Origin: Eledone cirrhosa
Taxonomy: Eukaryota
Assembly (NCBI GenBank): GCA_964016885.1
Contig: OZ024743.1
Coordinates: 116,808,001-116,872,000 of the forward strand
DNA: 64,000 nucleotides
Direction of reading: 5' to 3'
Position 1 is the stretch's first letter, and every line of letters starts with the position of its first letter. Of this stretch, positions 13,527 to 26,867 are shown in pieces. A program made the position numbers and the translations under genes. The notes beneath the pieces were generated by a model, which searched no databases, was not told where the DNA came from, and worked only from the letters and a program-made list of their open reading frames with translations.

Positions 13527-15321
13527 TAGCCGCAGACTAATTGAAAATCGAGGACCCATGATTTACAAAAAAACAGAACGGCTACAAATGAAAAGGTCGA
13601 TCTAACATTAAACATTAAAATCCAACATAAATTCTATGTTATGTTGGGTAGGGAGGGAGTTATAGTGTCGCAGTGCATCTCATTCAAACTTAAGAGAAGT
13701 CAAAGAAACATATAATATTGTAAGCAAAAGAAAACAATTCGAAAGTAGACAAAATTTAGTAAACACGTAAGTAATAAATGTCAAAATGTTTAAGATGAGT
13801 TATTCTTAATAGGATTATGATTTTTCGTAAAATTGTTTCAACTTTGGACAGTACAATAACTTTTGTACTAATTGTACAAATCTGTTGAACCAGTTTCCAC
13901 CAGGTTTATTGAAGTTCTAACGAAATTCTATTTATGATGTCGCATCTCGACGTGTAATATTGGAAATATGGAAACGAGCCTTTTGGTTGCAAACAGAAGA
14001 AAACAGAACATTGTAACCTAAAGCACATATTGACTAATTATGATGTATCGCTGAAGCATAAACATAAAAATCAAATTACATCAACCGTAACTATTTTCTT
14101 TAAGTGAAGTATGACAATTTGTCGGTTGACTTGAAATCGTCTTAGTAGCCTGAGTAGTGGATGGTATGTTTCCAGTACATATTTTGTAAGTGATCGTGGG
14201 ATTAGAAGGTCTCCGTACTTCTCAAGCCGTCTTAAGTGGGGCATGACATTAGGTCAGTGAATCTCAAACCATCAGAAATATATGTAATAGTGGATAGAGT
14301 TTTCTCGGTCCATCTCAAACGATCTTAAGTAAAGTATGACAATTTATTAGTTCAGTTCAAACAATAGTACACAATATTTGAATAAATAATCTCATAATAA
14401 TACTTAATGCGTGTGTAGTAGACAAGTCACGCAAAGGGGGATAACCTATATTATTAAACATGTCAGTATATACAAACACGTCATATGATGGTTAATATTG
14501 CCACTGTCGGAACATGAAGTAACACTGTATGTATGAACTATTTCCACCTGATGGAGTCATAATGACGCTGTCGTGACACGCATCGTATCATGGGCACTTT
14601 AAATCTTGTAGGGCCAATGCTGTCCCCAGATATGAAAATGTCGATTTCTTCCAGAGGCAGGTGGAGAGAGGGGTACTGAAAATCTACTACAATACTGAAC
14701 TGGTACTTTTTGTATCAATCTCTCGAAGCTGAAAGGCGAAGTTAATTAGGTGATTTACGCGGAGAGTACAAGAATGTATACCGCAAACTTCTCTAACAAC
14801 TCTGGAAATATGCCGCATTATTGCAGTTAAGTTATAAGAAAGGAGCTTAAGGGGTTTTAGATTTCATGGTTTGTTATCATCCTGTTGTGATAGCTCGTAA
14901 GCTGAAAATCGTATATATGTATGCAGTCTGATGAAACAATGACAGGGGAAAATTTATAGTGAGACTTGAAAGTGTGAACGTCTGGTTTTCGAGCCCATTT
15001 TAAGGAAATTATTCCCTACACAGGAGTGCGTTATTGAACTTACTTGATGTATGAAGTACTGCCAAACAAAATATTGGCTAGTTTTCAATTGTAATTATAT
15101 ATGAAATATATTTACATATTTTTAGAAATTGTTGGAACTATGCTGTAATCTAAAAGCATCTGTACATATTATGTTCATGTATATAGCAGAAGGAGATGAT
15201 TTACTTTATTTGTATATTTTAAAATGCAGTCTATCGATTTGAAAGAAAAATGAAATCTTAAAATAGTAAATAACTACATAAGAGGTATTTCTTTTACATA
15301 AAACACACATACACACACAGA

Positions 15322-15396
<75 letters not shown>

Positions 15397-15419
15397 ATGT
15401 GTGTGTGTGTATATATAGA

Positions 15420-15498
<79 letters not shown>

Positions 15499-15557
15499 GT
15501 GTGTGTGTGAAAGTGTGTGTGTGTATGTGTGTGTATGTGTGTGTATGTGTGTGCATA

Positions 15558-15788
15558 CAGGGTGACCATGAAATATTTCCCTGATTATGAAACACCATTT
15601 CTCGGATACTATTTTAGATTTTACTTTTTCATTGTGATAATATATAAATTTCAAGTTTAAAGCTTTTCTGAACATATTTTACATTTTCTCTTTTTTGGAA
15701 TAAGATGTAATTATCAGTAAAAAAAAACCTACCATCTATAAAAGAAAAAGCTCAGTGAGTGTTCTGGTTTCAAAGAATTTATGCTCAC

Positions 15789-15792
<4 letters not shown>
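15558..15792. mobile_element. Possible Tc1/mariner-type MITE
   Basis: TA-cagggtgaccatgaaat ... atttatgctcactctg-TA: imperfect ~20-bp TIRs with TA on both sides. Confidence 0.45.
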
Positions 15793-15852
<60 letters not shown>

Positions 15853-15856
<4 letters not shown>

Positions 15857-16110
15857 TGGATGTATAGTATATTTGGTAATATACTGTATGTTTAATTAAA
15901 AACATTTAGAAGACCATTCGCTATTAGTTTTAATGTAGTGACTATGTCACTTATTCTCGGCAAATAACAACAGAGAGTGATCTCTGTTCTTATTTGCCCA
16001 GAATAAGTAAGTGACATAGTCTCCACATTAAAACTCATACCGAATGGTCTTCTAAATGTTTTTGATTAAATATACAGAATATTACCAAATATACTATACA
16101 TATATTCATG
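15853..16110. repeat. ~125-bp-arm imperfect palindrome adjoining (TA)n
   Basis: 15853-15975 is the reverse complement of 15981-16110 with a few mismatches and one small indel. No HHR core recognised. Confidence 0.85.
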
Positions 16111-16659
16111 TATACATCGCTATTTCAGAGCACCAATACTAATACCTATATATAGAGAGAGGGAGAGAGAAAGGGGGGATGCATACATATATGCATACAC
16201 AGATGCATGTACATATAGTCAAATATATAGATGGAAACGTCAGTTTTTAAATTCTTTTTAATTCCTGACACATGTTTCAAGAGAATTATACATTGAATCA
16301 TTGGAATAATGTTATGTGTGATTCGTTTAATCAAATATATGGATACAAAATAATATACAGATTAATGTCTATCTTCAGAGGATTTAAAACAAACGTATTA
16401 AATTGAAGCAGAATATAACTTAAATTCAATTCTCACCTTACACAATTAGAAGACATCTCAAGTCTACCCATTGACACAACGAAAGTAATTTATCTGTGCT
16501 TAAGTCTGCTTTTCAAATTCTTCTCCCTTATGATATATGATATAAACACATTGAGCTAATTCGGAAGCTACTTGGTAATTATATACTATCATATTTAATT
16601 CTCTACATGCATTTAGGCTTTGTATAGATATGTTTACCTTTATATATATATAGCCTATC

Positions 16660-16845
16660 AAAAACACATACACTCAAACGCGAACAAACACACCAAACAT
16701 TATACACACACGCAAACGCATGCGCAGAGACAGAGACAAGGAGAAATAATTAATTAATTAAAATAAAAGTGGCGTAGACATTACAATACAATACAACGGG
16801 AGGAAACATGAGGATGTTGCAGATGTGCGACGAAAGAACTTTGAT

Positions 16846-16924
<79 letters not shown>

Positions 16925-17145
16925 CTGTATTTTTAACTGCTGGTCAATCAATGATAAACATTGATTGCCAAATAAATTAACTATGGAGATATAAAAGATA
17001 CAAAAGCGAAAAACAACCCACACCAAACAGTGAGTGTGTTCTGTTATTTCTTTTGGCAATATTATGACAATATGACCCTCCCCAAGTATAACAATATTTG
17101 TTTCGACACACGATTTAATATCAAAAACGTTGCAAAACAAATTCA
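16660..17145 (-). mobile_element. Dispersed non-coding repeat (second copy at 22030-22637) with HHR 3'-half-like motif
   Basis: Colinear similarity to 22220-22637. The minus strand has gtc-GAAA-caa-ata-ttg-TT. The internal (TA) tract is expanded in this copy. Confidence 0.65.
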
Positions 17146-17163
17146 TATATATACATATATATA

Positions 17164-17922
17164 TACAAGTAAAAATTAGCGAGAATCGAATTTCAGCTCA
17201 GGAATTAACGAAAAACACTTCTGAGTTTTGTGGCAAGCGCACGATAATTCATATGAATTAGAGCTACAACTTACGTTAAAGGCCAAACACACTGAAATGG
17301 TGGTTAAACTAATCATCCGCACAGCGAAAAAACGATCAACTAATTCGGGTCAAGCAGATATAAAAATATAAAAATATATAAAATTATATATGGTTGAAAA
17401 TTTACCCGGACCACTGGAGAGATGGTAAAATCCAGTATTTGGGTTTCTGCGGCTCCATAAGTCATTTACTGTCCGCTTACATAAAGGATGTTAGGCTTCT
17501 GGCAAGATGACCGAACTAGGAAGACGCATTATCAACGGGATTTAGATCGATAATATACATAAGTTTGTCTGTTACTGACCCCACGTGGAGTTCGGCAAGG
17601 GAGGCAACACTTATATTAGGCGAATGTATTCAGTTGTGTATAATATTGCGAAAATGCAAAATATCACAAATCGAATAAAGCTCTCGGCAGAGTGGTTAAA
17701 TATAACAAAGCTATTCAACAGTCAATAGAATAAACCCCAAAAAATCGATAAAATTAACTGGCCAATAGCTGGAGTCTGGAGATTAATACAAGTAAAAATT
17801 AGCGAGAATCGAATTTCAGCTCAGGAATTAACGAAAAACACTTCCGAGTTGTGTGGCAAGCGCTCGATAATTCATATGAATTAGAGCTACAACTTACGTT
17901 AAAGGCCAAACACACTGAGATG

Positions 17923-17924
<2 letters not shown>
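17164..17924 (-). mobile_element. Retrozyme-like family R2, 623-nt unit plus partial direct repeat, variant HHR at 17405-17539
   Basis: 17164-17301 is repeated at 17787-17924; (TA)n on both sides. Minus strand: cccg-TTGATAA-tgcg..cgca-GAAA-cc..tgg-TC-cggg. Confidence 0.75.
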
Positions 17925-17995
<71 letters not shown>

Positions 17996-18059
17996 CATAC
18001 ATACACACACACATACAACACACATATATATATATATGTATATGTATATATATATATAT

Positions 18060-18618
18060 TTAAAATAAAATAACAGGAGGCTGGACTGGTGTAAATCCTT
18101 GAAAGGTTTATTATACTATGATCATTTCAATGACCGGGTTCCATATGAATCCGGTGATATCATCAGGTATTGGAATATAACAAAGGAATATTAAAAAACC
18201 ATGGGTCCGAAAAATCAGAGACAGAGACAAAGAGGACGACTGACCAACTAGCTGCTCGGCCAGTCGCCCTCAAAGTGATGGCAACTGAATCTACTAATGA
18301 ACATCTGGTGAGGGGGCGAAGGGTTATAATGCACTATCACCACTCCTTTGTTATATTCCAATACCTGATGATATCATCGGATTCATATGGAACCCGGTCA
18401 TTGAAATGATCATAGTATAATAAACCGTTCAAGGATTTACACCAGTCCAGCCTCCTGTTTTTTTAATTTTATTTATAATAAACTCCGTATTCGCACCACC
18501 AACTACACAAACGAAGATGGGTGAACTGCACTGCGTTGAGTACTCTTCACAATATTACACCAGGATTGACCATACGAAATGACCAGTTCTATCCAGTGGT
18601 GAACCAACAAACCTAAAG

Positions 18619-18620
<2 letters not shown>
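18060..18620 (+). mobile_element. (TA)n-flanked element with ~125-bp inverted repeat and HHR
   Basis: 18062-18187 is inverted relative to 18345-18470, and both arms contain the HHR. Confidence 0.8.
18361..18418 (+). ncRNA. Type I hammerhead ribozyme motif with palindromic stem III
   Basis: atac-CTGATGA-[stem II with (a/t)cgg..ccgg]-GAAA-tgatca-TA-gtat. Minus-strand copies at ~18112-18170 and ~18678-18731. Confidence 0.85.
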
Positions 18621-18665
<45 letters not shown>

Positions 18666-18674
18666 TAATAAAAT

Positions 18675-20252
18675 AATCATGATCATTTCAATGACCGGGT
18701 TCCGTATGAATCCGGTGATATCATCAGGTATTCGAAATATAATAAATGAATGTAACAGATAAAATCCATGGGCCTGAAAATGATAGACCCGAGGACGACC
18801 GACCATCTAGCATCTCCCACTTTAGCCGGTCGCCCTCAAGTGCTGCCCATTCGGCCTACTTAATGTTATCTGGTGAGGGGGCTAAAGCTTATAGTGTGCT
18901 ACTAACCTCCCGGTCAAAGAGATGAAAAACAGAAAGGAAGAAGAAGAAAAGTCAGCGTTAATGTCATGCTACAAGAAAAAAGACAGAAAGAAAGAGGAAG
19001 AAAAGTCTGCATTAATGCCATGCTACAGTCAGGCCAGGAATTGCCGCGAGAAAAGTTATTCTAAAGGACCCGTGTCTTAACAGAGGTATATATTATAACA
19101 GAGGTATATATAGTAGGGGTCTACATGGTATAATGTGTGAGCAGAAGATTGGAACGTTAAATATTGTTTAGATTTATAGGATGAAGTTAAAAAAATTAAA
19201 GATTAACATTATAAAATTAAAAAATTAGAACATTGAAAATTAAACAGTTTTTAACATATTTTAAGGTTTTGGGTTGCGAGGTTTAGTTAAAGAAAGAGTC
19301 TTTTATGAAACTTTAATGGTATTATAGAGATTCTCTATAAGTTATCCGAGTGGGATGCAGAGTAAAGATTATGTCCTTGTTTAGTAGTCAAACAGCATGC
19401 GGCGACTGCAGACTCCGGCCAGCCCATCCTAACCACGTGTCAGCCATTCCGAGTGAGATCGCCTAGCGAAACATATGGAAATCCATTTTTCCAAGCACTC
19501 TAGGAATGTATTCCAGGCTTCAGGTGTGCTAGTAGGAAGTCAGCAATCGCCGTTAGGCCATCGTTATACCAAACGAGTAATATTAATTTACACAGGAGCG
19601 GGATTTGTTTAAGTAGAGGGAGGCATGATACAGCTAATAGTTATGATTAGGCCTAGAATTTAAAGGTACTATATGGCGGTCAAAAAACGGCTGCGCGGCG
19701 GGCCCCTGGGCGAATCAAATCCCGCTCCGAGTTATTTCATTTACTGAAAAAAGGGGAAATTTATTTTTCGAAGCACTCAGAGTAGGCCTATGCACCAGGA
19801 GGCCGGTCTCGCAGCCAGGAAAACCAACAGAAAATTGGAACGTTAAATTTTTGTTTAGATTTATAGGATGAAGTTAAAAAATTAAAGATTAACTTTATAA
19901 AATTAAAAAATTGAAAATTAAACAGTTTAAACAAATTTTTAAGGTTTGGGGTTGCGAGGTTTAGTTAAAGAAAGAGACTTTTATGAAGAAACTTTAATTG
20001 TATTATAGAGATCCTCTATAAGTTATCCGAGTGGGATGTAGAGTAAGGATTATGCCCTTGTTTAGCAGTCAAACAGCATGCGGCGATTGCAGACTCCGGC
20101 CAGACCATCCTAACCACGTGTCAGCCATTTCGAGTGAGATCGCCTAGCGAAAGATATGGAAATCAATTATTCCAAGCATTCTAGGAATGTATTCCAGGCT
20201 TCAGGTGTGCTAGTAGGAAGTCAGCCATCGTCGTTAGGCCATCGTTATACCA
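18675..20252 (-). mobile_element. Longer relative of the 18060 element, with an internal ~420-bp direct duplication
   Basis: 18678-18900 is similar to 18117-18335, including the HHR. 19148-19571 is repeated at 19834-20252. Confidence 0.6.
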
Positions 20253-20354
20253 ATACATATATATATATATATATGTATGTATGTATGCATGTATGTATGT
20301 ATGTATGTATGTATGTATGTATATGTATAAATATATATATATACATATATATAC

Positions 20355-20725
20355 ATATTTATAAGTTTCTACCAGTGTTTGCCCAGGTCATGTTTAAATG
20401 AATGGCATCACCTTGTAATGATATATACACCGTGGCCCGCTCTATTAAATGATGTTGTTGTCGAAGGCTGATCCGTGTGTAGGAAGTTTATCCTGGAGTT
20501 CTTGGAGAAATGTGTCCAGGGAACGTTTTAGTTTTGTGTGATCTGTTTCAGTGTTTATGTATTTTGGTATGATATTAAATAGAGTGGGACCAGTTGGGGT
20601 GAAAACGTTGTGTCGTATCTTTGTTATGAGATGCTAGATCTATATTTGTAGTGGAGCGGATAGCACAGGGACCCAGCCATGGGTGGAATTTAAAGGTGAT
20701 TCCAACATCATTTGAGCAATAGATG
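20355..20725 (-). mobile_element. CR1/L2-group LINE 3' end remnant
   Basis: The minus strand translates to GPTLFNIIPKYINTETDHTKLKRSLDTFLQELQDKLP, typical of the ORF2 C-terminus of this group. Confidence 0.6.
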
Positions 20726-20802
20726 ACGAAGCATTTACGGCGCCGTATGAGAGAGTAGGGCAGTCACTTCCATCACGCACATATATATGTATATATATGT
20801 AT

Positions 20803-20876
<74 letters not shown>

Positions 20877-20878
<2 letters not shown>

Positions 20879-21080
20879 TTTTAATATAGAAGAGATTCTA
20901 CAGGAATAGAACTGTTTCATTCGTGAGAAATCATCAGGAATCAGATTCCTGATGATTTCTCATGAATGAAACAGTTATAGTGCTGTAGAATCTCTTCTAT
21001 ATCAACACTTTTATACTCGACTATATATTGAGTACCTTACTTACTGTGGTTACCTCCGATTCAACCCGGAATAACTTACC
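20877..21080 (+). mobile_element. Fold-back HHR element between (TA)n tracts
   Basis: Palindrome centred at ~20943. Each arm has CTGATGA-t-ttc-tcay-gaa-t-GAAA-cag (plus-strand core 20949-20971); stem I is not convincing. Confidence 0.7.
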
Positions 21081-21096
21081 TATATATATATATATA

Positions 21097-22025
21097 TACA
21101 TTAACGGATCCATAGACTCTCGCCGTTCCCTGTAAATGATGTGCTCAGAGGAGAGGAAATCCTGAGCTTTTAAAATACAATATGTTCAAAAGGTAAAACA
21201 CTAGAGAGAGATACAGTGCGCTATCAATAAAACAGAGAAAAACCACCAGTCTATGGAATCTATAACCTATGAAAGGCAGATTAAAAATATAAATTAAAGC
21301 GTAAATAAATACCTCTATAACTATATAACACACGTACAAATCCAAAGTGATTTGTTTCGCCAGTAAGCTGTTGACAGAAATGAAATAACTCAGCTTCATC
21401 AGCGTGTGTAAGGCTTACATTTCAGACAACACTAAGAGAATTTTTAAAGCGACCGTCCAGCTACACGTGGGAGAGAGAATTTACAGCATGTTTAAGGGCA
21501 GTGAACCATTGGCCTCTGAGGGACGAGCTGCTAGAAAGGGCAGCTCAAAACCACTCAGAGAAGTGTGCTCAACGAAACAGAGAGAGAGAGGAAAGACTGT
21601 TATAAGGAGCTAAATATAACGATACATTAACGGAGCCAAAGACTCTCGCCGGTCCCTGTAAATAATGTGCTCAAATATTCTTTTAGTGTTGTCTGAAATG
21701 TATAGCCTTACACACGATGATGAACCTGTGTTATTTCATTTCTGTCCACAACTTACTGGCGAAACAAATCACTTTCGATTTGTACGTGAGTTATATAGTT
21801 ATAGAGGTATTTATTTACGCTTTAATTTATATTTTTAATTATCGTGTCTATACTCTGTATTTCATAGGTTATAGATTCCATACACTGGTGGTTTTCTCTG
21901 TTTTATTGATAGCGCACTGTATCTCTATCTAGTGTGTTACCTTTTCAACATATTGTATTTTAAAGAGCTCAGGATTTCCTCTCCTTTGAGCACATTATTT
22001 ACAGGGAACGGCGAGAGTCGATGGC
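21097..22025 (-). mobile_element. Retrozyme-like family R1, ~525-nt unit plus partial repeat plus 5' inverted segment
   Basis: 21097-21147 is repeated at 21622-21673. 21675-22023 is the inverted copy of 21110-21442. Confidence 0.8.
21328..21409 (-). ncRNA. Complete type I hammerhead ribozyme motif (GUA site)
   Basis: acacacg-CTGATGA-a-gct(g)agt...actggc-GAAA-caaatc-actttg-gatttg-TA-cgtgtgt: 7-bp stem I, 7-bp stem III, intact core. Confidence 0.85.
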
Positions 22026-22029
22026 TTTA

Positions 22030-22637
22030 TTCCAATGAATGGATAACAACAACACCCAAACAAACAACAATGACCTAAGAGAAGTATAAATAAATACATA
22101 AATAAATAAATAAATACATACACAAGCACAATAACAACAAACACATATAAACACACACTAGTAAACTAAGATAGAATACATTATCCAATACACAGTCACC
22201 CAAAAAGAACACACATCAAACAAAACACTATACACACACGCAAACGCATGCGCAGAGAAGACAAAAAAAATAAACAAATAAATAAATAAATAAACAGACT
22301 AAATAAAGATGGCGTAAGCATACAATGCAACGGGAGGAAACATAATAGTAACAATGACGATGTTGCAGGTGTGCAACGAAAGAACTTTGATAGACTATAT
22401 ATATGTGTTTGTGTCTATATTGTATCTGTATTTTTTACTGTTGGTCAGTCAATGGCAACATCGAGGACCGAATAAATTAAATTAACCGATATAAAAGACA
22501 CAGAAGCGGAAACCAACCAAACAGTGAGTGTGTTCTGTTATTAATTCTGGCAATATTACTACACAAATATGACCCTCCCCGAGTATAACAATATTTGTTT
22601 CGACACATGATTTCATATCAAAAACCTCGCAAAACTA
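22030..22637 (-). mobile_element. Second copy of the 16660-17145 repeat family
   Basis: Shared blocks such as gcaaacgcatgcgcagaga, caacgggaggaaacat, cgaaagaactttgatagact and atatgaccctcccc.agtataacaatatttgtttcgacaca. Confidence 0.7.
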
Positions 22638-22657
22638 ATATATATATATATATATAT

Positions 22658-23114
22658 ACGATATAAAACAAATGGAAACTACATTTATAAAACCATATTT
22701 ATTTCATTATATATATTTCAGGGATATCATATTAAAAATATGGTATGCCCTCTTCAGATAAAATACAATATATAAACAGTTTTATAAATAAATTTGACAT
22801 ACCTTAGAATTTACAACTTCCATTTAAAAAGTTTTTATGGTACTACCATAACAACTTTTTAAATGGAAGTTGTAAATTCTAAGGTATGTCAAATTTATTT
22901 ATAAAACTGTTTATATATTGTATTTTATCTGAAGAGGGCATACCATATTTTTAATATGATATCCCTGAAATATATATAATGAAATAAATATGGTTTTATA
23001 AATGTAGTTTCCATTTGTTTTATATCGTAAAATACTCAAAAACTGTTGAGTGCTTTTATATCAGTTATAAAATATTTACTCGTTGAAACCCAACAATTTT
23101 AAATAAAACTTTTG

Positions 23115-23115
<1 letters not shown>
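22658..23115 (+). mobile_element. Near-perfect ~185-bp-arm palindrome carrying two HHRs, between (TA)n tracts
   Basis: 22658-22842 is the reverse complement of 22844-23029. At 22925-22979: ttat-CTGAAGA-gggcatac-catatt..aatatg-atatccct-GAAA-tata-t-ataa. Confidence 0.85.
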
Positions 23116-23192
<77 letters not shown>

Positions 23193-23195
<3 letters not shown>

Positions 23196-23522
23196 AAAGT
23201 TCTATTTACAATTGATGGGATACATCAAGTAAATATTTTTATAACTGATATAAAGCACTCGACAAGTATTTGGAGTAGATATACGATATTAATAAATGGA
23301 AACTATATTTATAAAACCATATCTATTTCATTATACATATTTCAGGTATACCAAATTAAATTATGATATGCCTTCATCAGACAAAATACAATATATAACA
23401 GTTTTACAAATAAGCTTTGACGTACCCTTTTAAAATGCAACCATTATTTTTGGAAGCCATCTGTAATATGTATAATGAAATAGATATGATTTTATAAATA
23501 TAGTTTCCATTTATTAATATCG
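23193..23522 (-). mobile_element. Diverged relative of the 22658 element, with HHR and short inverted segment
   Basis: Minus strand CTGATGA-aggcatatca..tggtatacct-GAAA-tatg-TA at ~23330-23380. 23281-23338 is inverted at 23467-23524. Confidence 0.75.
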
Positions 23523-23632
<110 letters not shown>

Positions 23633-23633
23633 G

Positions 23634-23709
<76 letters not shown>

Positions 23710-23710
23710 C

Positions 23711-23773
<63 letters not shown>

Positions 23774-23774
23774 C

Positions 23775-23825
<51 letters not shown>

Positions 23826-23926
23826 TCCGCTCGGGGGTGAAAGCAGACAGAAGATGTTTGCTTAAAATTTATATTCGTGCTAATAATACATATTTGACTT
23901 ACGAGTTGATGTATATAAATATATAT

Positions 23927-23989
<63 letters not shown>

Positions 23990-23993
23990 TGTA

Positions 23994-24059
<66 letters not shown>

Positions 24060-24060
<1 letters not shown>

Positions 24061-26833
24061 TAGCAGTTTAGCCCGGCGTTGCTCGGGTTTGTTCATTTGC
24101 TATGAAAAGTTACATACAGGTAAACGTGGTTTGAAAGCGAATAAGCTTATCAATTAAGTGCATAAAGCAATTGAACCGGTTATTAAAAGTTACGAACCAA
24201 TTAGCATTTTGGTCAATCAATGATGGGTTAATAATCTTCCAATAGCGAATTTAGTAGACCAAAGTTGCAAGATGGTGGCCCTGATGCCGCTGGGTGTCAG
24301 ATCTGTCCGCCATGTGTTACCCTACCAGGAAATAGTGTTCCAGATGGCATAGCTCCAACACCTGCACCAACATCTATAGCACCTCTTTGTAGACGATATT
24401 GCGTGTCATCCCTTGAGGAGAGTAAGCAAAAAGTCCATTCCTGCTCCCTGCGCGGGAACAGGCAACATAAAGTTGGCCATGGGAGAAGCATGGCTCCCCC
24501 AAATGGATGCCCGCCACCGACAATGTTTGCCCTTGTGACTTGTTAATGGACATGGCAAAAGATGGTCTCACAGGGAATTGGGATCGCCGGAAATCGAACG
24601 GGATATCTGACGCCGAGGGGGAAAAGTTCATCCTTGGAATGAAAACATTCTCCCCTCTTCCGCACCCCGTTACAATGGTGGCCTCAATCAAGTGGGTGTC
24701 AGTGACCTGACGACGATGCGAGTACCGTTGCACTGCTTTGGTGGACGCAAGTTCCTTATTAGCATAATGGGACAGCCAACCCTAAGCTTAATAATGTGAG
24801 GTGGGAGCCCTGGGGGCTCAAGGAGATTTAATAACTCAACCGGATAATTAACGATATCGTCAGGGTCTGATTTGAAGATGTGCTCTTTACCGGGAATCTT
24901 CTCAATCAGCTGCTCGTTAATAAAATTAACTATAGTATTTTTCGGAGCAAGGATGGCTCTTTCGCTGAGCCAATCGAGGTTTTTAAAGTTAGATGAGACA
25001 TTAGGAAAAACTGATTCCCAAAGGTCAGAAGGACTGCTCACAATGTTGCACAGGGTGTCGATTGCTATGCCGCCCTTGTCATCCGCAGGGATCTTGCCCT
25101 CACCAAGTGCTAAAATGTTCTGTGCTGCAGACATGTTGTCACCATGCAAATGAGCACGCATATTTGTGCTCAGGTACAAACTATTCACCTGGAGCCACAA
25201 CATGGACGACTTAAGACAGCCACGCACTTCATCAGCTCTTGTCCATTTGGGGATGACAGGGAGCGTTTTCGGAAAATCCCCTGATAGCAGAAGGGTTACG
25301 CCACCCATAGGAGCCGTAGAATCCCTAATGTCTTTCCGGGCCATGTCCAATGCCTCAAGGGCACCCTTGTGTGCCATTGTGCATTCATCCCAAACAATGA
25401 GGCAACATCTTTTGAGAACCAGAGCTTTGTGTGAACTCTTGCTGATATTGCATGTTGGTGTCTCAGTTTTTACTAAATCCAAAGGGAGTTTAAAGGTTGA
25501 ATGTGCAGTCCTGCCTCCCGGACGATGCAACGGACAACGCAACTTTTTTCTCCTGACGAATCTTAGCGAGAATCAAATTCGTTACAAAAGTTTTTCCGGT
25601 ACCCCCAGGAGCGTTTTTTATTGGGGGGATCAGGCTTTTTTTTTTTTTTGACCTCTAAGTATAACCAGTCAGTAGTTCCTTCAAAGGCTCTGGCGGTTCT
25701 GTAAGAGGGGGCAAGGTGACCTTACCGTTTAAGCAGCACATTGCAGGTGGCTCCCCAGCCCACTTTGTAGCATTGCAGAATTGGCAATTGAAGCGCATCT
25801 CGCCTATATTTATGTCAGAGCGCATCGAGTAATTAACGTTTTGCTCATACTTGAAAGCCCGTAGGTGCCAGTAAGGGCTGTTGGGGCTCGTCACACCGCG
25901 TGCAGCTTCTCGCCGTCGACTGTTACGCTTGAACGTAGAACATTGGTCGTGTGGTTGGTAGGAAGGTCTGGCAACAATAGCAGAAGCAACATTTGCAATA
26001 CTAATGGACCGCCCGTCTGCATCTTCAGAAGCCATGGAAGTAGTCATAGTCGCAGCGTTCGTAGGAAGGCGAGCCGTCCGTTGTTTTAAACGTTCCAAAG
26101 ACCTGGAAGCAGCTTTATCGCATCGTTTCTAACCAGGCGCTTCGACTTTTGTTCACGGCTCTCTGAAGCCCTGGAAGAAGCCTGGTATGAAGCCATTTTG
26201 GCTAGGCGTGCAGTGCGCTGTTGGAAACTTTCAGCGGCTCGACATTCTGCTGAACGTAAGGCTGTCTGTGAAAGTCTTGAAGCATTTTCCTCAGAGGACT
26301 CGTTTGCTATAGTAGCCTTTTGCGCCACTGCTGACGCGGTATGTCGACTGAGGCGACTTCTCTTTTTAGGTGGCATTTTATGTCCAAAAGAAAGGGTGAA
26401 AGTTACTTCTACAGAAAAATTGACTTCGAAAGTCTACTGTCTGTTTATGAATATTGTTGTTGTGATACAAATGTTAGTAAGTAAATGGTTATCGAAAAAT
26501 AAAATGTGAAAGTTACTTCAACATAAAAATTGACTTTGAAAGTATAATGCTGATAATTGAATGTAAAAAGATTGATAAGAAAGGCCCCCCAAAAAAATTT
26601 ACAGGTATTTGTATGTAAGTGTGTATTTTTATGTCGAAAAGAAAGGGTTAAAGTTACTTCTACAGAAAAATTTAGTTTGAAAGTGTAAGGCCGATGTGTG
26701 TGTAAATTAAGTGACAGGTATTTGTATGTATGTGTGTATGAAAGTGTTAGGCCGATGTGTGTGTAAATTAAGTGACAGGTATTTGTATGTATTTGTGTAT
26801 ATGTATGTATGTGTGTATATGTATGTATGTATG

Positions 26834-26867
<34 letters not shown>

